Assembly (NCBI GenBank): GCA_028534125.1
Contig: CM052817.1
Coordinates: 1,428,001-1,492,000, forward strand
Direction: 5' to 3'
Origin: Lama glama
Lineage: Eukaryota
Length of the DNA stretch: 64,000 bases
A model generated the notes under the pieces. The model saw only the letters and a list, made by a program, of their open reading frames with translations, was not told the DNA's origin and searched no databases. Every line of letters begins with the position of its first letter. Within the stretch, counting starts at the first letter, position 1. Positions 63,533 to 64,000 of the stretch are shown piece after piece. A program made the translations under genes and the position numbers.

Positions 63533-63682
63533 GGGGGCAGGTGGGGCTCAGGTAGGGTGCGCGCTTAGCAGGCACGGAGTCTTGGGTTCAACCCCCAGTA
63601 CGTTTGTTTAATTAGCTAATTAATAAACCGAATTAGCCCCCTCCCAGCCACCCCCCAAAAAGCCCAGACAAACAAAAAAGAA
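63533..63682 (+). mobile_element. Diverged, GC-shifted camelid-type SINE
   Basis: cttagcaggcacggagtcttgggttcaacccccagtac...aaaccgaattagccccc followed by an A-rich tail. Confidence 0.8.
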
Positions 63683-64000
63683 GTCCTTTGGGAACAGTAA
63701 CTTCTTGTTTTATCTGTTGCCTGAAGTCACACATTTATTTAGGAATATAATACACAGTATTATCACTGCTAGTTGATAAAAATGGGGTGTATGTAAAAAT
63801 AACAATATGTGTGTTTTCTCCAAAAAGAAAATACAGTCCTTACTTAAAAAGTAAAGCTGAAATTGAATTTCTTTGAAAGTGCATGTCCTTATACTTATAA
63901 GTGTTTGCATTAAAAATAAGAAAGATGTCAAACCAAAAACCTAACTTTGCAACTTATAGCACTAGGGAGTAGGGGAGCTAAACTAAATCCAAAGCTAGCA

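Noticed and set aside
7106..63682. tRNA genes or a CRISPR-like repeat family
   Set aside because: The recurring A/B-box sequences are dispersed SINE heads with A-rich tails and individual TSDs; there is no cloverleaf 3' end and no regular repeat-spacer array.

Overview
Mammalian genomic DNA, most likely camelid (inferred from 11 copies of a ~130-bp tRNA-derived SINE resembling the camelid vic-1 family). The window lies inside FAM193A on the + strand. About 35 kb of a large upstream intron is followed by six coding exons (35425-35670, 46045/46048-46205, 46723-46890, 49805-50039, 55480-55604, 60527-60674) that splice in frame with GT-AG sites; the first and later exons fall outside the window. 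The introns hold two antisense processed pseudogenes (H3F3A-derived and NOP16-derived), a decayed near-full-length L1 with TSDs (11008-18017), ERVL pol remnants, many older L1/L2/MIR/MER33/Charlie1 fragments, and the SINEs. I found no prokaryote-type system (CRISPR, operon) and no novel protein-coding gene. Best leads: a NOP16 retrocopy that appears to record an exon-skipped mRNA, an in-frame candidate alternative FAM193A exon at about 35164/35230-35277, an L1 target site used twice, and signs of AT-to-GC-biased substitution with a sharply AT3-rich start to one FAM193A exon. Family names come from recalled sequences, not database searches.
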